From NCBI RefSeq assembly GCF_009914755.1, contig NC_060939.1: a stretch of 64,000 nt of DNA; one strand, written 5' to 3'. This DNA comes from the human T2T-CHM13v2.0 reference genome, Homo sapiens. Numbering within the stretch: the first letter of the stretch is position 1; each line of letters opens with the position of its first letter. This document shows, one piece after another, positions 16,954 to 39,121 of this stretch. The notes beneath the pieces are model-generated. The model had not been told where the DNA came from and made no database searches. It saw only the letters and a list, made by a program, of their open reading frames with translations. The translations under genes were made by a program, and so were the position numbers.

Positions 16954-17460
16954 TGTATTAGCTATCTACTGCTGTGTAACAAATTACCCTAGAACTTAAT
17001 GGCCTAAACCCACAAATGCTTATTAGCTCACAGTTTCTTTGCATGCCCGTGGCTGAAGGTCTCTCATGAGGGTACAGTTACACTGTCCACTGGGGCTGGA
17101 ATCACATCTGAAGCCTCAACTTCCAAGTTCACTTATGTGGTTGCTGCTAGGACTCATGTCCTCAGGGGCTATTGGAGTGAGGGCCTCAGTTTCTCCTTGG
17201 GCTGTTGGCCAGAGCTTCCCTCAGGTCCCTGCCACGTGGACTCCTCCATAAGGCAGCTCACAACAGGGTATGTGAGCAGAAGAGCAAGAGAGGGCACCCA
17301 AGATGGAAGCTACAGTCTTTCTGTCACCTAATCTTGGAAATGGTATCCCACCACTTCTGCCCTATTCTGTTCATTTGAAGCAAGCTATTAGGGCCAGCCC
17401 ATGCTTGAGGAGAGGGGATAAAATGGGAGCCATCTTAAACTAGACAGTCTATACCACCAA
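16954..17460 (-). mobile_element. MLT1 (MLT1F-like) MaLR LTR
   Basis: tgtattagctatctactgctgtgtaacaaattaccctagaacttaatggcctaaa ... tcccaccacttctgccctattctgttcattt. Confidence 0.75.
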
Positions 17461-17485
17461 CTTATGCTATCACTATTTTTTGTTT

Positions 17486-21969
<4,484 letters not shown>

Positions 21970-22422
21970 TTAGCAATAATAATGTAATAATATATGTAAT
22001 ACATGTAATAATACATCTATTATGTATTATTATACATCTATTATTATGTATTATTATAGATGTAATAATACATCTATTAATACAATGGTAAAGAAAAGCA
22101 TTAAGTTAGGACCCAAAAAGGGACAAGCTTGGGATATTTGGAAAACTGGACTGTTTGGTCACTCCTTTTTCAGTGATCCTGAATCAATTAATGACGCAGG
22201 TTTTGTTTCCTACCTCACAAGGGAAAGTAAGAGCCATGGACTGAGCTAGAGATGGGAGAGGTGCAATAAATGCACCTGGGGAGAATAAATGTATCAAGCA
22301 GTGGGAGGCCTGGGGGAATGTGAGGGCACGGGCGGCAGGCAGCTGGAGACTCACCTGGGAAATCCTTGTCTCACCTGCTCTCTCCTGGGCCCTCCTTGGC
22401 CCCCTCTCTTCCTCCACCCCAG

Positions 22423-22554
22423 CTCCTTCGAATGTTCTTCCGGCAGCAGGATGAGATTCGACGGTTGAAAGAGGAGCTGGCCCAGAAGGACATCCGCATT
22501 CGGCAGCTCCAGCTGGAACTGAAAAACTTGCGCAACAGCCCCAAGAACTGTTAG
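22423..22554 (+). CDS. CORO2B: Coronin 2B terminal coding exon (likely exon 12), coiled coil, TAG stop
   Basis: Long pyrimidine tract ending ccccag|CTC. Translates LLRMFFRQQDEIRRLKEELAQKDIRIRQLQLELKNLRNSPKNC*, with a heptad pattern. Confidence 0.97.
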   Translation, partial: LLRMFFRQQDEIRRLKEELAQKDIRIRQLQLELKNLRNSPKNC

Positions 22555-22731
22555 CTCCCCAGCTGGGCTGTTTTCTAAGCCGATCTCTCCGTCGTTTCTA
22601 CTCATCCCTTAACTTCTCCCTTACCAGTGACCCCAGAGACAGAGCCAGGACAGGAGTGGGGGCCAGCCTGAGGACCCCCGCCTACCACCTCGAGAACTGG
22701 AAGCCAACCTCTAACCTCCTGACCTCATGCT

Positions 22732-22737
22732 AATAAA
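22732..22737 (+). terminator. Proximal polyadenylation signal AATAAA
   Basis: Canonical hexamer about 180 nt after the stop; the downstream element is weak (C-rich). Confidence 0.55.
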
Positions 22738-23769
22738 AGTCCCCAGCTTCTGGAGACCCCCTGCCGGCAGCCCCTTTCCCTGCCACCCCAGGAGCCAGGC
22801 TTCCCCTCAGCTGGGTGAAGACTACAGACTCCCTGGGGTTGGCAGGGGCTCCATCTCAGTGGACCAGGAAGCAAGAGGGGAAGCGGGATCCCAGCTAGAC
22901 TTAGAACTTGGACTTTTCCCCTGTGAAGGGGGCTGCCAGGACATCTCAGCACTCCCGCCTGGAGCTCTCAGCATCACTGAAGGTACCACAGTGTAAGTGC
23001 TGGACTGCAGGCTGCAGTGATCCCTTTTTCGTCCCACCCCCTCTTCCCTCAGCAGCCCCGGAAGCCTGCCTCACCCGACGAGGACAGCGAGCGGCCCGGC
23101 TCCTTTCTGTCTCTTCCCTTCCCACCCTCTTGTCTTCAGGGAATTCAGAGGATTGCTCTCCAAGGCCATAATGACCCCTTGCCTTCCCCATGATTCTCTA
23201 CAAAGCTCTTGCACACCCTTTTCCCATTCAATTTGTGAGCCAGGCAGGGTAGGGATTAGTGTCCCCCTTTGACAAATGACAGAACTGAGGGTTGCAATGG
23301 GGAAATGACTTATAAAGTCACCCAGCAGGTCAACAATGGGCCCACGACCAAGACCCTGGGTGTTCAGACCCCAAGGCCAGGGCCTTTCCCGCTGCATCAA
23401 GATGCCAATCCCTTTGTGGGCTTCACCAGTGCCCAAGTCTCTATGGAGAATGAGAACTGGAAGCCACTGCTACCGTCTACCCAGCACCAGTAGTGCCGAT
23501 GTGCCACACTGCCCAGTTGAGGCCCCTCACGCTCTGTGCCCCTAGATCCTTCAGGTCCCCACCCTCAGCTGTCACCACCACCCTCCCCAGGGGACTCCAT
23601 CTGAGATGAGGCCTCGTCCTCCTGGAAGCTGAGGCTGAGAAGGGTGGAGCTTGGCCCTGGGGAAGGCAGACCAGGGTCTGATGGCTTCTAGGGATGCTCT
23701 GCGTGTGTCTCAGCACCGCTATCTCAGCCACTTTCAGCCTTATGCACGTAGAATGACCACAGCCACTCG

Positions 23770-23900
23770 CATCCGTATAGCACTTTAAAGTTTCTGCAGT
23801 CCTTTGACACATAGGATCTCATCGAGCCTCACGTCTACTCCCTTCTGCAGATGAGGAAACCGAGAGAAGTGGCCCAAGGTCACGCAACTCTGAGATGCCA
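23770..23900. mobile_element. MIR fragment within the CORO2B 3' UTR
   Basis: MIR core gcagatgaggaaaccgagagaagtggcccaaggtcac. Confidence 0.7.
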
Positions 23901-24361
23901 CATTTCATTTGATCTTGTACACATTTTCTTTTATTCCTTCTTTTTTCCTCCTTTCATTTCCCACTACGCACAAAGAGTTTATAAACACTGTTCTCAGAAG
24001 AGTCACAGTTTGGGGTGAGATCTGGAAATCAAGAAATGGGTGTCCACTCTTTTCTTTCATTAGCTAGGATCTACTAGATGCATTATACTCCATACCTGCT
24101 TTTCCCATGGCCGCCCTACGGAAAATCCCATCCACAGAGGCCAGGGCTACCCAAGCCCCTCCAGGTGAGCTGGGCCTTTCCTTTATGAACCTCCATCCTC
24201 CCAGCCAGCTACAGTAGGGCCTCCTCACCCCGTACCCCACAGCTAGACAGTGTCAGCACTCATCTCCTCCTCCCACATTTCTGGAGCTTTTTTTTTTCCT
24301 TCCCCATTGACCTTTGTGGTCTTCTGTGATTATTTATGCTGCCTCCCAAGGATAGAATTGA

Positions 24362-24367
24362 AATAAA
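24362..24367 (+). terminator. Distal polyadenylation signal AATAAA
   Basis: Canonical hexamer with upstream U-rich sequence and downstream GU/U-rich sequence (gtggttcctgttcttgg near 24416). Confidence 0.8.
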
Positions 24368-24537
24368 ATGTTTTCAACTTATCAAACCTGGGCATAGCCA
24401 TCTCATTTAACCCCAGTGGTTCCTGTTCTTGGTCACCATGGTACCTTGATGGTCAGCTCCCCACCCACAGCTCCTTTGCCTTTCTGGAATGACAACCCAC
24501 GTCTGTACCTACAGATATAATTTCACACCTTCATTTA

Positions 24538-24739
24538 TCTCAGCACTATTGACATTTGGGGCGAATAATTCTTTGCTGTGGGGGCTGCCCTGTACATTGT
24601 AAGATATTTAGCAGTATCCCTGGCTCCACCAATCAGATGCCATAGCAACCCTCATCCAATTGGGACAACCAAAAATGTCCCCAGATATTGCCCAATGTCC
24701 CCTGGGGTGTCAGAATCACCTCCCGGTTAAGAACCACTG
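24538..24739. mobile_element. MER20 (hAT-Charlie) DNA transposon
   Basis: ctcagcactattgacatttgggg ... gacaaccaaaaatgtccccagatattgcccaatgtcccctgggg ... ggttaagaaccactg. Confidence 0.88.
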
Positions 24740-27700
24740 TTCTACCGCTATTCAATAGATGCTGCCCCGTGTTGGGGTCTGGGTGAGACCAACGCTCTAC
24801 ATTGGAACGGTGCCTTGAAGTTTATCAGGCAGGATTCCACACACTTGACTCATTTGATCTTCATAGCAGCTCTAATTGGTAGGTCCGATTATTCCTGTTT
24901 TCAAGAAAAGCAGTCAGGCCCAGAGTGGTGACATGTTCAAGGTCACTCAGCCAGTGTAGTGGGGGAAATACACAGGGACTGGGTCTTATGAGCCAGAGCC
25001 AGAGAAGGTCTGTGTTCCCAGTCCCCAGCCAGACTCAGAGCTGGGCAGAGTCTGTTCTGGGAGCGTGGCCGGGGCCCATTCTGAGACCAGGGATGCTAGA
25101 TATCCTCAGTCTCTCAGTAGTCCAAGGTTGTCTTAAATAAGAGTTGTCAGGCTGCAAAGTGAACAGGCACCCGGCAGTGTGTACACCACAGGAAACTCAG
25201 AAGAGCCAGAAGAAAGCAGTGTGGGCCTTAGAAAAGGGGTGAGGAGGAAAGGATAAAGGGCTGCAGAGGAACAGCGGGCAGGACACCGGGAAGGGGTGGT
25301 CCAGGCCTGGCCCTACCCTCGACTAGTTGTGCAACATTGAGTAAGGCTTTTTTTCTCCCTGGGCCCCATTTTCTCCATCTATAAAATCAGGGGATGGGAC
25401 AATTTCTAGGGTCCCTTCCTGGTGTGTCATCCTATGTTTCGTTACACTAGCAGTTGAGAGGATGGGACAAATCCCCAAGACCACCCATTGTCTAGCACGA
25501 GTGATTAAAAAAAGAAGAAATTTATTGGGAAAAAGGAAGCAAAGAATGACTTCCTACAGGACTTGGGTGCAGAAAATCACTTTTGCTGAGTCTCAGGGAA
25601 CAGGTGAATGGATAAGGTTATCTGTCTCATATGTACTTCTGTCCCACCTAATCTCCAATTCTGAGCCCAACGGGGCGGCTGTTTATCATTACTTATTATG
25701 GTACACTGTCTAAGGTCGGGCTCGAACTTGCTTTCTGTCTCCCCACTAGCCCATTTTCCCAACTGCATTTGTTGAATAACTCATCAATTCCCCATTGGCT
25801 GGCTGTGTATCCTTAATTTCTTCATATGTTATATATTCCATGACTAGTCTGTTACGCTGGCCCCTCTGCCCATTACACACTGCGAATTACACTGCCTAGC
25901 CCAACACATTGCTTTAATTATCATAATGATGTAGGAGAGTGCCATTCATGGCTCTTTGAACCTGTCCCCACTGCCATGCTCCCTACCAGGTGTCTGCTCC
26001 CTTCTTTTCTCCAAGTAAGGATACCTTAAGCTAAACTTCAGACCCTTCTCTTCTACGGAGATGTCCCTAATGCCTTTACCATCAGCAAGAGTATCCTCCT
26101 GCACGTGCCTACAACTCTTTATCCTACCCCTGACACCTAATCGAATTTTCAACTCAGTTTAACACATACCAAGTAGCTGCATCTATTTAGGACCAGGTGC
26201 TGGGAACCATGACATGAGAAAGAACAAGCCCTGCTCTTGAGGGGCTCCAGCCAGTGGTCTATGTATAGGCATCATATCATCCAGCAGGACCTGGAGCCCT
26301 TGGAGGCTGGGATGAGCTTTATCCTAGGCTGGGTTCAGTGTGGAGTGGGCAGTTTGTTCTGGGATTGGACGACTCCTGGGTTGTCTTCCAGCCAGCCTCC
26401 TGAGATCCCAAGATGGGCTTGGGCATTTTTAGACTCTCTCCTGGTGCTGGGCAAACATCCCAGACTGCCAGTGGACCGTGCAGAACGTGGCTGCTTCTTC
26501 ACTGTGGGAAATGACTTCATGTTGAAAACACCCCCACCTCCCGGCCCCCACCCCCCCAGCCTTCCTGCTTGGAAGAGCTGCCGTGATGGGGGCTGCCTGG
26601 AGCAGAGGCACTTACCTCGGCCACAGGAAACATTACCAGATCCTTCTCCTCCCCCTGGTCAGCCTGCACAGGGACTGTAGGGCTATGGTGCAGGGAGGGG
26701 AAGAGGCCTGCCTGAAATGTTGGCAGAGGCTCCTCATTCTCTGTGTATGTGTGTTTCCTATTTGGGAACAACCTGCAGCCTGTCTTTCCTTGGAATTTTA
26801 ATTCAGTAACAAGCACAAATGGGTCAGCCTTACTCAGAGAAAGGTGAGTGTCTAGAGATCGGGTGAGAGTAGTTCTAGCAAGCTCCTGTCCCAGAGCCCC
26901 TCCCTTGCATCTGGCTTGTCACACTGCCCAGAATCCCCCCATTAGCACATAGTTTCTTTGGGTTAAGCATTGCCCTTGCCAGAACCATCTCCATGTGCAA
27001 ATCCCCCTGGGATTGGGATGCTGGTATGAATCGGGAGAATGGATCCAGCGAAGGGGACACGGGAACAATGAAAGACGGTGGGCCTCGAATGAGAGGAGGG
27101 AGGTAGGGACACTGAGCAAGGTCACAGTGATGACAGCAAGATTCAAAGACCAGGAGTTTGTAGAAACTTGAATCCAGCCAGCAGGTGGCAGATTCTGGCC
27201 TTCCTATCAAGCCCATTTTTTCTAAACTGGGTCCCTTTTGCACCTCCCACTCACTCCAGAATTAATGATCCAACCATAGGCACTGAGGCCTCATGGCAAA
27301 GCAGGCGCACACAACAGCCAGGAATCAAAGCACCCCAGGTGGAGAAGGGAGGCTTGAAGGAGGGCAGCCCAGGGACCAACTGTTTCCAAGGCACAGCCAG
27401 AGGAGGGCACGCACCTCACCTTCCTCCCTACGGGGCTGTGGAGACCCTGCCTAGTCTTCCTTGAAGCACAGGAAAGAGGCTTGGTCTGGTTGTTCTCACC
27501 CCACCCAGGCAGCCTCTGACCTGCTCTGTGATCTTGAGCAGTTTCCCTACAGGAATAGTGACAGGGATGGGGCCCTTTCTGCCTGGAGAGTCTGCGTTTA
27601 ATGAGGCTTGGGCTGAGGGGGTGGTAGAAGGAAGAGCTGGAAAGTGAAGGGGGGCAAAAAACTAGGGGTGGAGGGACCAGGTGTCCAGGCCAGACATCTG

Positions 27701-28335
27701 CACTCGGCCAAGTCCAGCCCAGCCCAGCCTGGGGCTCACTGCTGCAGCCCACGCAGCCTCCAGGAAGCTCCTGATGAGACAAACAGGACCAGTCGTCCAG
27801 GGTCTCTGCTTCCCAAGCACGGGAGCAGCCCAGGACACAGAGGAAGAGGCCAAGGCCAGACCCGGGAAGCCCTGAATTTTTGCCCTGGAAGGCTGGACTC
27901 CACCCCAGGCCATGAGGAGCTAAGGAAGGGCTTGAATCAGGAGTGGACACCTCCCTCTGGCTACTTCAAGGGAAGGGATTGGAGGGCAACACAAGCCGGG
28001 AAACGGTGGGGGCTGGTGGGTTGTCCAGGTAGGAGATAGGAGTGGCCCAGCCTGGGGCAGTAGTTATGGCAGAATTAAGAGAGCTTGCTGAGATAAGGAA
28101 CTGACCTTGATCCCAGGGGTGGGTGGGAGGAGGGGATAGGGAGGCAACAGGGAAGAGGGAGGAAGAGGCAGGTTAGGAGAACTCAGAAATGGAACCAGAG
28201 CTGGGACAGGGATGACCCACCCCCTGCTGTCTAATGGGGCACTCCCCAAAGATAGGGATCGTGTTCTCTAATCCCCTTGTAAACCAACAACAGCAGTGCT
28301 GGCCACACCTTTCTTAACGAATGTTCCTTTGGCTA

Positions 28336-28557
<222 letters not shown>

Positions 28558-30694
28558 TTAATCACTGAAAGACCTGGCAGGCCCTAGAACTTCTTAGCAG
28601 TGTGATTCAAGTGATTCTAAATCCCCCACCCACCAGCCGTCTCCCATTCTAACTTATCCCCCACCGGCCTGAAATTCACATAGCTCTCTGAAAGTCATTT
28701 ATAATAATGAAATAATGAAAACAGCTTATTTTTCTTTGCCTACTGGAATTTTGAGACAGTTTTCATTCAAAATTATTTTATCAAATATTTATCAAATGCC
28801 TTTTCTGCATCGGGTATTGTCCTAGGTGCTAGAATAAGATGTAGTTCTTGGTCTCAGAGAGGTTCCAGTCTGGTTTATAATTAAAATTCATATTCAATGC
28901 AGAGAGAAATGTCTGGAAGGACTGAGATAATTAGCAGTGATTATCTTCAGGGTAACAGGATAAGAGAAGAAGGTATTCTTTAATTTTAAAGACATTTTAA
29001 ATGTATGTAAAGGTTTAGGATTTGCCACGACTGTGTCCCTCGGGATGAAACCTCAAGCTTATTCTGTTCAGTTCACCAGGTATGGGTGCTAGGGCTTTTC
29101 CTCCCACATCACCACTGCCCCTTTGGAGGGCAGCTGGATGGGGTGAGCAGACAGGGCTGGCCAGGTGTCACTTCCATTGTACACTTGACAGGTGGAGTCC
29201 TGACCAGAAGGCCCAGCCACCACCACACAGCCCCACAATGCGAGGCATGCCTCACAGGGATCCCAGCACAGTCCACTGTGGCAGCAGATGCTCAGCCTTT
29301 CCCTGATCCTCTTGCTGCTGACTCTGCCCTACCTACCTGATCCCTCCTGGTCTGGTCCCACCCACTGATCTCCTCCCACTCCACTCAAGGTGGCCCCAAT
29401 CCCTAAACTCGCATAGGGCGAGGTACACTGTCTCTTCACCCGTTTTCTTCCCAATCTACCGCTTGTGGCATAAACCTTATGACCTGCTTTCTCTGGCATT
29501 GAGCCCTTTCTTCTCTTCAAATCAAAAGCCCTGGCCAGGCACGGTGGCTCACAACTGTAATCCCAACACTGGGAATCCGAGGCAGGAGGATTGCTTAAGC
29601 CCAGGAGATCGAAACTAGGCTGGGCAACATAGCAAGACTCCCATATCTACAAAAACATAAAAAATTAGCCAAGTGTGCTGGTGCATGCCTGTTGTCCCAA
29701 CTACTCAGAAGGCTGAGGCTGGAGGATCCCTTGAGCCCAGGAGGTGGAGACTGCAGTGGACCGTGATTGTGCCACTGCATTCCAGACTAAGCGACACAGC
29801 AGGACCAAGACCCTGTCTCAAAAAAAATTAGATAAAAATAAAAGCCTTGGCTTTTAAGACTTTACTGTCTCAGCCATGAATTTTTGCAAATCTGTTTAAA
29901 AACTCAAAAGCTGGGCACTGACTATTTATTTATTTGTGTATTCCAGCTATCAGAATCCTGATCCTCCCTCTAGCAATGAAAACTACTGGCTGAGTGGGAG
30001 GAGGTACACCAGGAACTATAGGATCAACTGTGACTACTTCCAAAATCTACCCTCTCCCACTCCCTGCACCACCATGTATATATAAATGGCCAGAGGTATT
30101 AAGGCCATATGGAATGGAAGAATTTTAATTAATGATAATATGGAACTGGAGAACAGTGTCCTTTTGCTAATTTTCAATGAACATCTGCTGGACAATGACA
30201 CTACAGTAGGTGCCAGTGATATAAAACCAACTGAGATATACAAATCACTGGACTTGGGGGCTTGGTTTAGGGAAAGATGCAGACATGTAAATCAGTAATT
30301 ACAATTCAGTGTGTTGAGTACTAGATCAGAGCAATCAAGATGCAGAAGACAGAGGACAGAACTCGTGGTGACAGGTCATCTGAGTTCCTAAAGTGAAAGC
30401 AGTTTTCTAACCGAGAAGAGGGAGAACGGCACTGCAGTCAGAGGAAGAGCATGTGCAAAGTGAGAGAAAGGAGGCAGCTGGCATGTGGGGAGAATCCCAA
30501 AGGGCTTTGAGTTTCCGAAGCCAACAAGAAGGCTGGTGAGAGGACAGTCAGCAAAGGGCCTTATACTCAGGCTATTTACTTGGAATGTACTTTTTATGCA
30601 ATGGAAAACCTCAGAAGGTTTTAAAGCATCAGAATGACCAGATGAAATTTGAAACATTTTTTAATAGTGCACACACAATATTTCTCTCTCTCTT

Positions 30695-30717
30695 TGTGTG
30701 TGTGTGTGTGTGTGTGT
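30695..30717 (+). repeat. (TG)n microsatellite
   Basis: About 11 TG units. Confidence 0.9.
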
Positions 30718-32969
30718 AAGAGAAAGGGAAGGAAAGTGGTGTGTTATATATACAGAATTCAAAATAAAATATGTTTCTCACTATGGGTTGCAATCAACAA
30801 ACTTTGAAAGCCACTGGTCTAGAACTTGATAATGGTGCAAAGCAGAGAGTAATTGCCTACAGGATTTCCAGGAGAGAGGATTTAACCCATGTGTGGCTGC
30901 CAGGGATGGCTTCCCAGAGGACAGTCGGCCATGGGAACTGGGCCTTAAAGGAGGAAAGGGTGTAGGGGAGGGGAGAGGGAAAAGCATGAGGGAAAGGCAT
31001 GGCAGAGGGGCCCTAAGAAGTGGCTCCCAAAGCAGTCCTGCTGGATTCCTCCTTAGCAAGAGCCCTGCCTAACAGCCTCAAGATGATTATCTTGCAGAGA
31101 TAATAGTTCTGTCTCAACACAGAAGAGCATCTACTGACAGCTTATCTTTTCCCCCAGCACTTAGTACAACCTATCTGCCACATAGCTCATGTCACTTTTG
31201 ACCTTCTGCACCAGGGCACCAAGTTCATTGTCAAAACAGCTGACTTGACTAACAAACAAGGGACATTTTCCATTTTCATAAAGACTACCAAGAAAGAGAA
31301 AATGGAATGAGCTGAGATTTGGGTTCAAGTTCTTGCTCAGAAGCTCATTCATCCAGTTGTTGCTAAACTAATTCTAAACCCCACTTTTGCCCATCATAAA
31401 ATGGGTTAATCAGAACTTCCCAGCCTTCCTCCCAAACTTGCAAGCATTAAATTCAATGAGATCTTGGGTGCATCCTAAGTCACAAGGACTGCCAACTGGT
31501 TACCTTTCCCATTGGCCAGAAGGCCCAGTTAATGTTGGAGCTCCCAAAGAATAGGCACAGTTTGGCAACCTTGTCATTGCAGTAGCAAAGAAAAGTTATT
31601 ATTTTATCAGCTGGTACCAGAGTTCCTTTTAGGGAAGGAAGTGTCTTTGTTTGGGGAAATACCTTGATAGGCCCCTTGGGGGTAAAAGGTGAGGCCCTGA
31701 AGACATGAGTTGGGAGGAAAAAACAAAGATAGCCAAATAGCTCTGCCTAAGAAATGAACAGGAATTTGAGGATAAGGAAGAACAAAGGAGGGAGGAAAAA
31801 AGAAAGCTAAGCAATGTGGTTAGAGACTAAAGCCCTAGTAGGTGGGAAACTGGGGAAGCTCTTAGAAAGATATAAGTTTATATTTTAAATTTTCTGGACT
31901 GCCATTTTGCAATCCAACTCTTCTCTCCAATGTCATCCATTCCCCAAATCTCCAATAAATGTCTATGACACAAGCTGCCCCATGGAAGCAGGGTAGGCAG
32001 GCATCAAGAAAGAAAGGGCTATGTTCAACTTTTGGGGCAATTCTGGGATAGAGGTTTGGCCGCAAGACAGCAAAGAAGGAAATTTAGAGCCAGAGATGAC
32101 ACTGAGGAACCTAAGCCCAGAGAATTCACAGAAATCTTGCAGAAGGCATGGGGTTTCCCCTAGACTGTGGGATGGGGTTCAAACCAATTTCATGTAGAGT
32201 TGAGGTGTTAGAATTACATCAGTAGATACCTGAAACCATTGGCTTCCAATTTTTGTCTATTATGAGGGTAAACATTTTCTCCAGGCTTCTCTCTGGCTAA
32301 AGTCAATATTATTTGGCTATTATTGGTTGAACTTCAGTCATAACTTAATAATCAACCAGACAAGAGAGGGTACCTCAGCTTCTTACTTCTCTTTTCTGAC
32401 TGCATTCTGACCAGACTACACTCTGGGTAGTGCTTACCTAATGCAAACAGGTAATTTCTTTATGATAATAATCAATTGCAACTGCATGCTATTTAAAGCT
32501 TCTTCACCACCTTATCTCATCAGATACTGGATCTTCAAAATAACCCTACAAAGCAGGAAAGGTGTGGATTCCCCAAGTTAGCAATGAGGAAGCTAAGGCC
32601 CAAAGAATCAAACAACTAAATGTGGATTGGGCATGAGATTCAACCTCTGATCTCAAGGAATGCTGGAGAGACAAGGTAGAAATCCATGAAAAGACAACAG
32701 CATTAAAGAAGTAGAAATAAATATAAAAACAAATGTCTTAAGGTAGAGCACAAGTCATTGCTGGAAGAGTGATAGAGATCACAAGGCATCCAAAATCAAA
32801 GGTAGACCAGTTCTACCTTCTCACAGCCCCACCCACTTCTTTCCATCTTCATGACCATCTCCAAGGCCATCATTGTCTCCACCCAGATTACCAGAACAGC
32901 TTCCTGGCCAGCCTCTCAGGCTCCAGCTTTGTCCCTTTAATTAGTTCTTTTTTTTTTTTTTTTTTTTGA

Positions 32970-36086
<3,117 letters not shown>

Positions 36087-37216
36087 GACCTACTTTTTGT
36101 TTTCGTTTGCTTTTCTGATTTCCTGAGCTGTGTCCAGGGACTGTCTTGCCTCCTGGTCTTCGTATAGCACATTCCTTCTGCATGGATCACCTGCCTACTC
36201 TCTTGGTCTGGCAAATTTCATCTTATCTTTCAGGTCTCAGGTTCAGTGCCACCTCCCAAGAAACATCCTTTACATCACTAGAATAGGTCAGAACCTACAC
36301 CTCAGTAATCCCATAGCATCCTCGATTTCCCCATCCCAACATTCATCACACTTCACCATTGTTACTGATATAATCATCTGTATTCCCCAACAGTGAAGGC
36401 AGCTCTGTAAGCTATTGAGAGATGGACCATGTCTGTCCTGTTCTCCATTGTATCCAGCATCTGGCACAGTGCCTAGTAGGTCATAGGCACTCAGTAAGTA
36501 TGTACTGAGTTCAGAATGAATGAATAAATGAATGTCGTAGGAATTCAGAAGAAACAAGAGATTAGTATAGACTGAGGAAAGAGGTAGGCTAGGACTTGAA
36601 TAACAAGTAGAGGAGCTTCCACTGTCACCTAATACATTAGGGACAAACCACGTCTTCCTACCTCCAACCCAGGAGGCAACTACAAAAACAGAAAGAGCAT
36701 TGAACTACGAGACCGAAGAACAAGCTCCGGTCCTGCCTCTGTGCCTCAGTGTGTAACTTTGAACATATCATTCAACTTCTGAGCCTGAGTTTCCTCGTCT
36801 GTAAAATGAAGCCGCTATAGCCCACCTAGAGGGGTTTCTCTGAGGTTTGGTGAGGTCCTGAATGTAGTAGACCCCCGCACAAAGTAGACCTGACCAGATG
36901 TGTGTGGATTTATTTTCAGCCACATAGCCTCTGTCTCTAAGATTTCCCAAAGCACTGGCTGAAAGCCCACCTGAGAAAAGCCTGCATCTGTCAACCCAGC
37001 TTCCTGGACCTGAGCACACTCATTCTGCCCAGGCTGATGTGCCATCTTGCCCCTCTTCCCCAACACCAGCACACAGCACCCAAAGCCTTCCTCACACCCA
37101 AGAGAACCACGCTCTGAGGACTACCACCTGCAAGAGCCGAAGACTTGAAGGCATTTACCTCCCACAAGGTGGTAACATACTTTCCTCTATCAATTTCTGA
37201 GTAAAGAATATTTTCA

Positions 37217-38800
<1,584 letters not shown>

Positions 38801-39121
38801 CTGCCCGAGATTGCGCCATTGCACATTGCACTCCAGCCTGGGCAACAAGAGCGAAACTCCAGCACAAAAAAAAAAAAAAAAAAAAGTCAGAATGGAGGCA
38901 TAGGAAGGGAAATAGAAAGGGGATGGCTTTGAGTCAGACACAGCTGGGTACTAACCCTTCCTCCAGCAGCTTGCACAGGTTTCTTTAGCTTTCTGAGATT
39001 TAGTTTCAAACCCAAAAAATAAAGAGATGATAAAAAGGACCTATATCACAAAGGGCTGTGAAGAAACAGAAGGCAGGTTATTTATTGATCATCACACCAC
39101 ATGAGGAAAAATACATTCCAT

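Larger units (their letters stand above)
22555..24385 (+). other. CORO2B: CORO2B 3' UTR (long form; end approximate)
   Basis: Follows the stop codon, has no Alu, and ends shortly after AATAAA at 24362-24367, which is preceded by U-rich elements. Confidence 0.8.

Noticed and set aside
24937-24945. TCAAGGTCA nuclear-receptor site (and CCAAGGTCA near 23874)
   Set aside because: Part of the common MIR core sequence, so expected by descent and uninformative alone.
27291-27950. 219-aa minus-strand ORF
   Set aside because: GC-rich intergenic sequence, non-ATG start, no homology or splice structure I can support.
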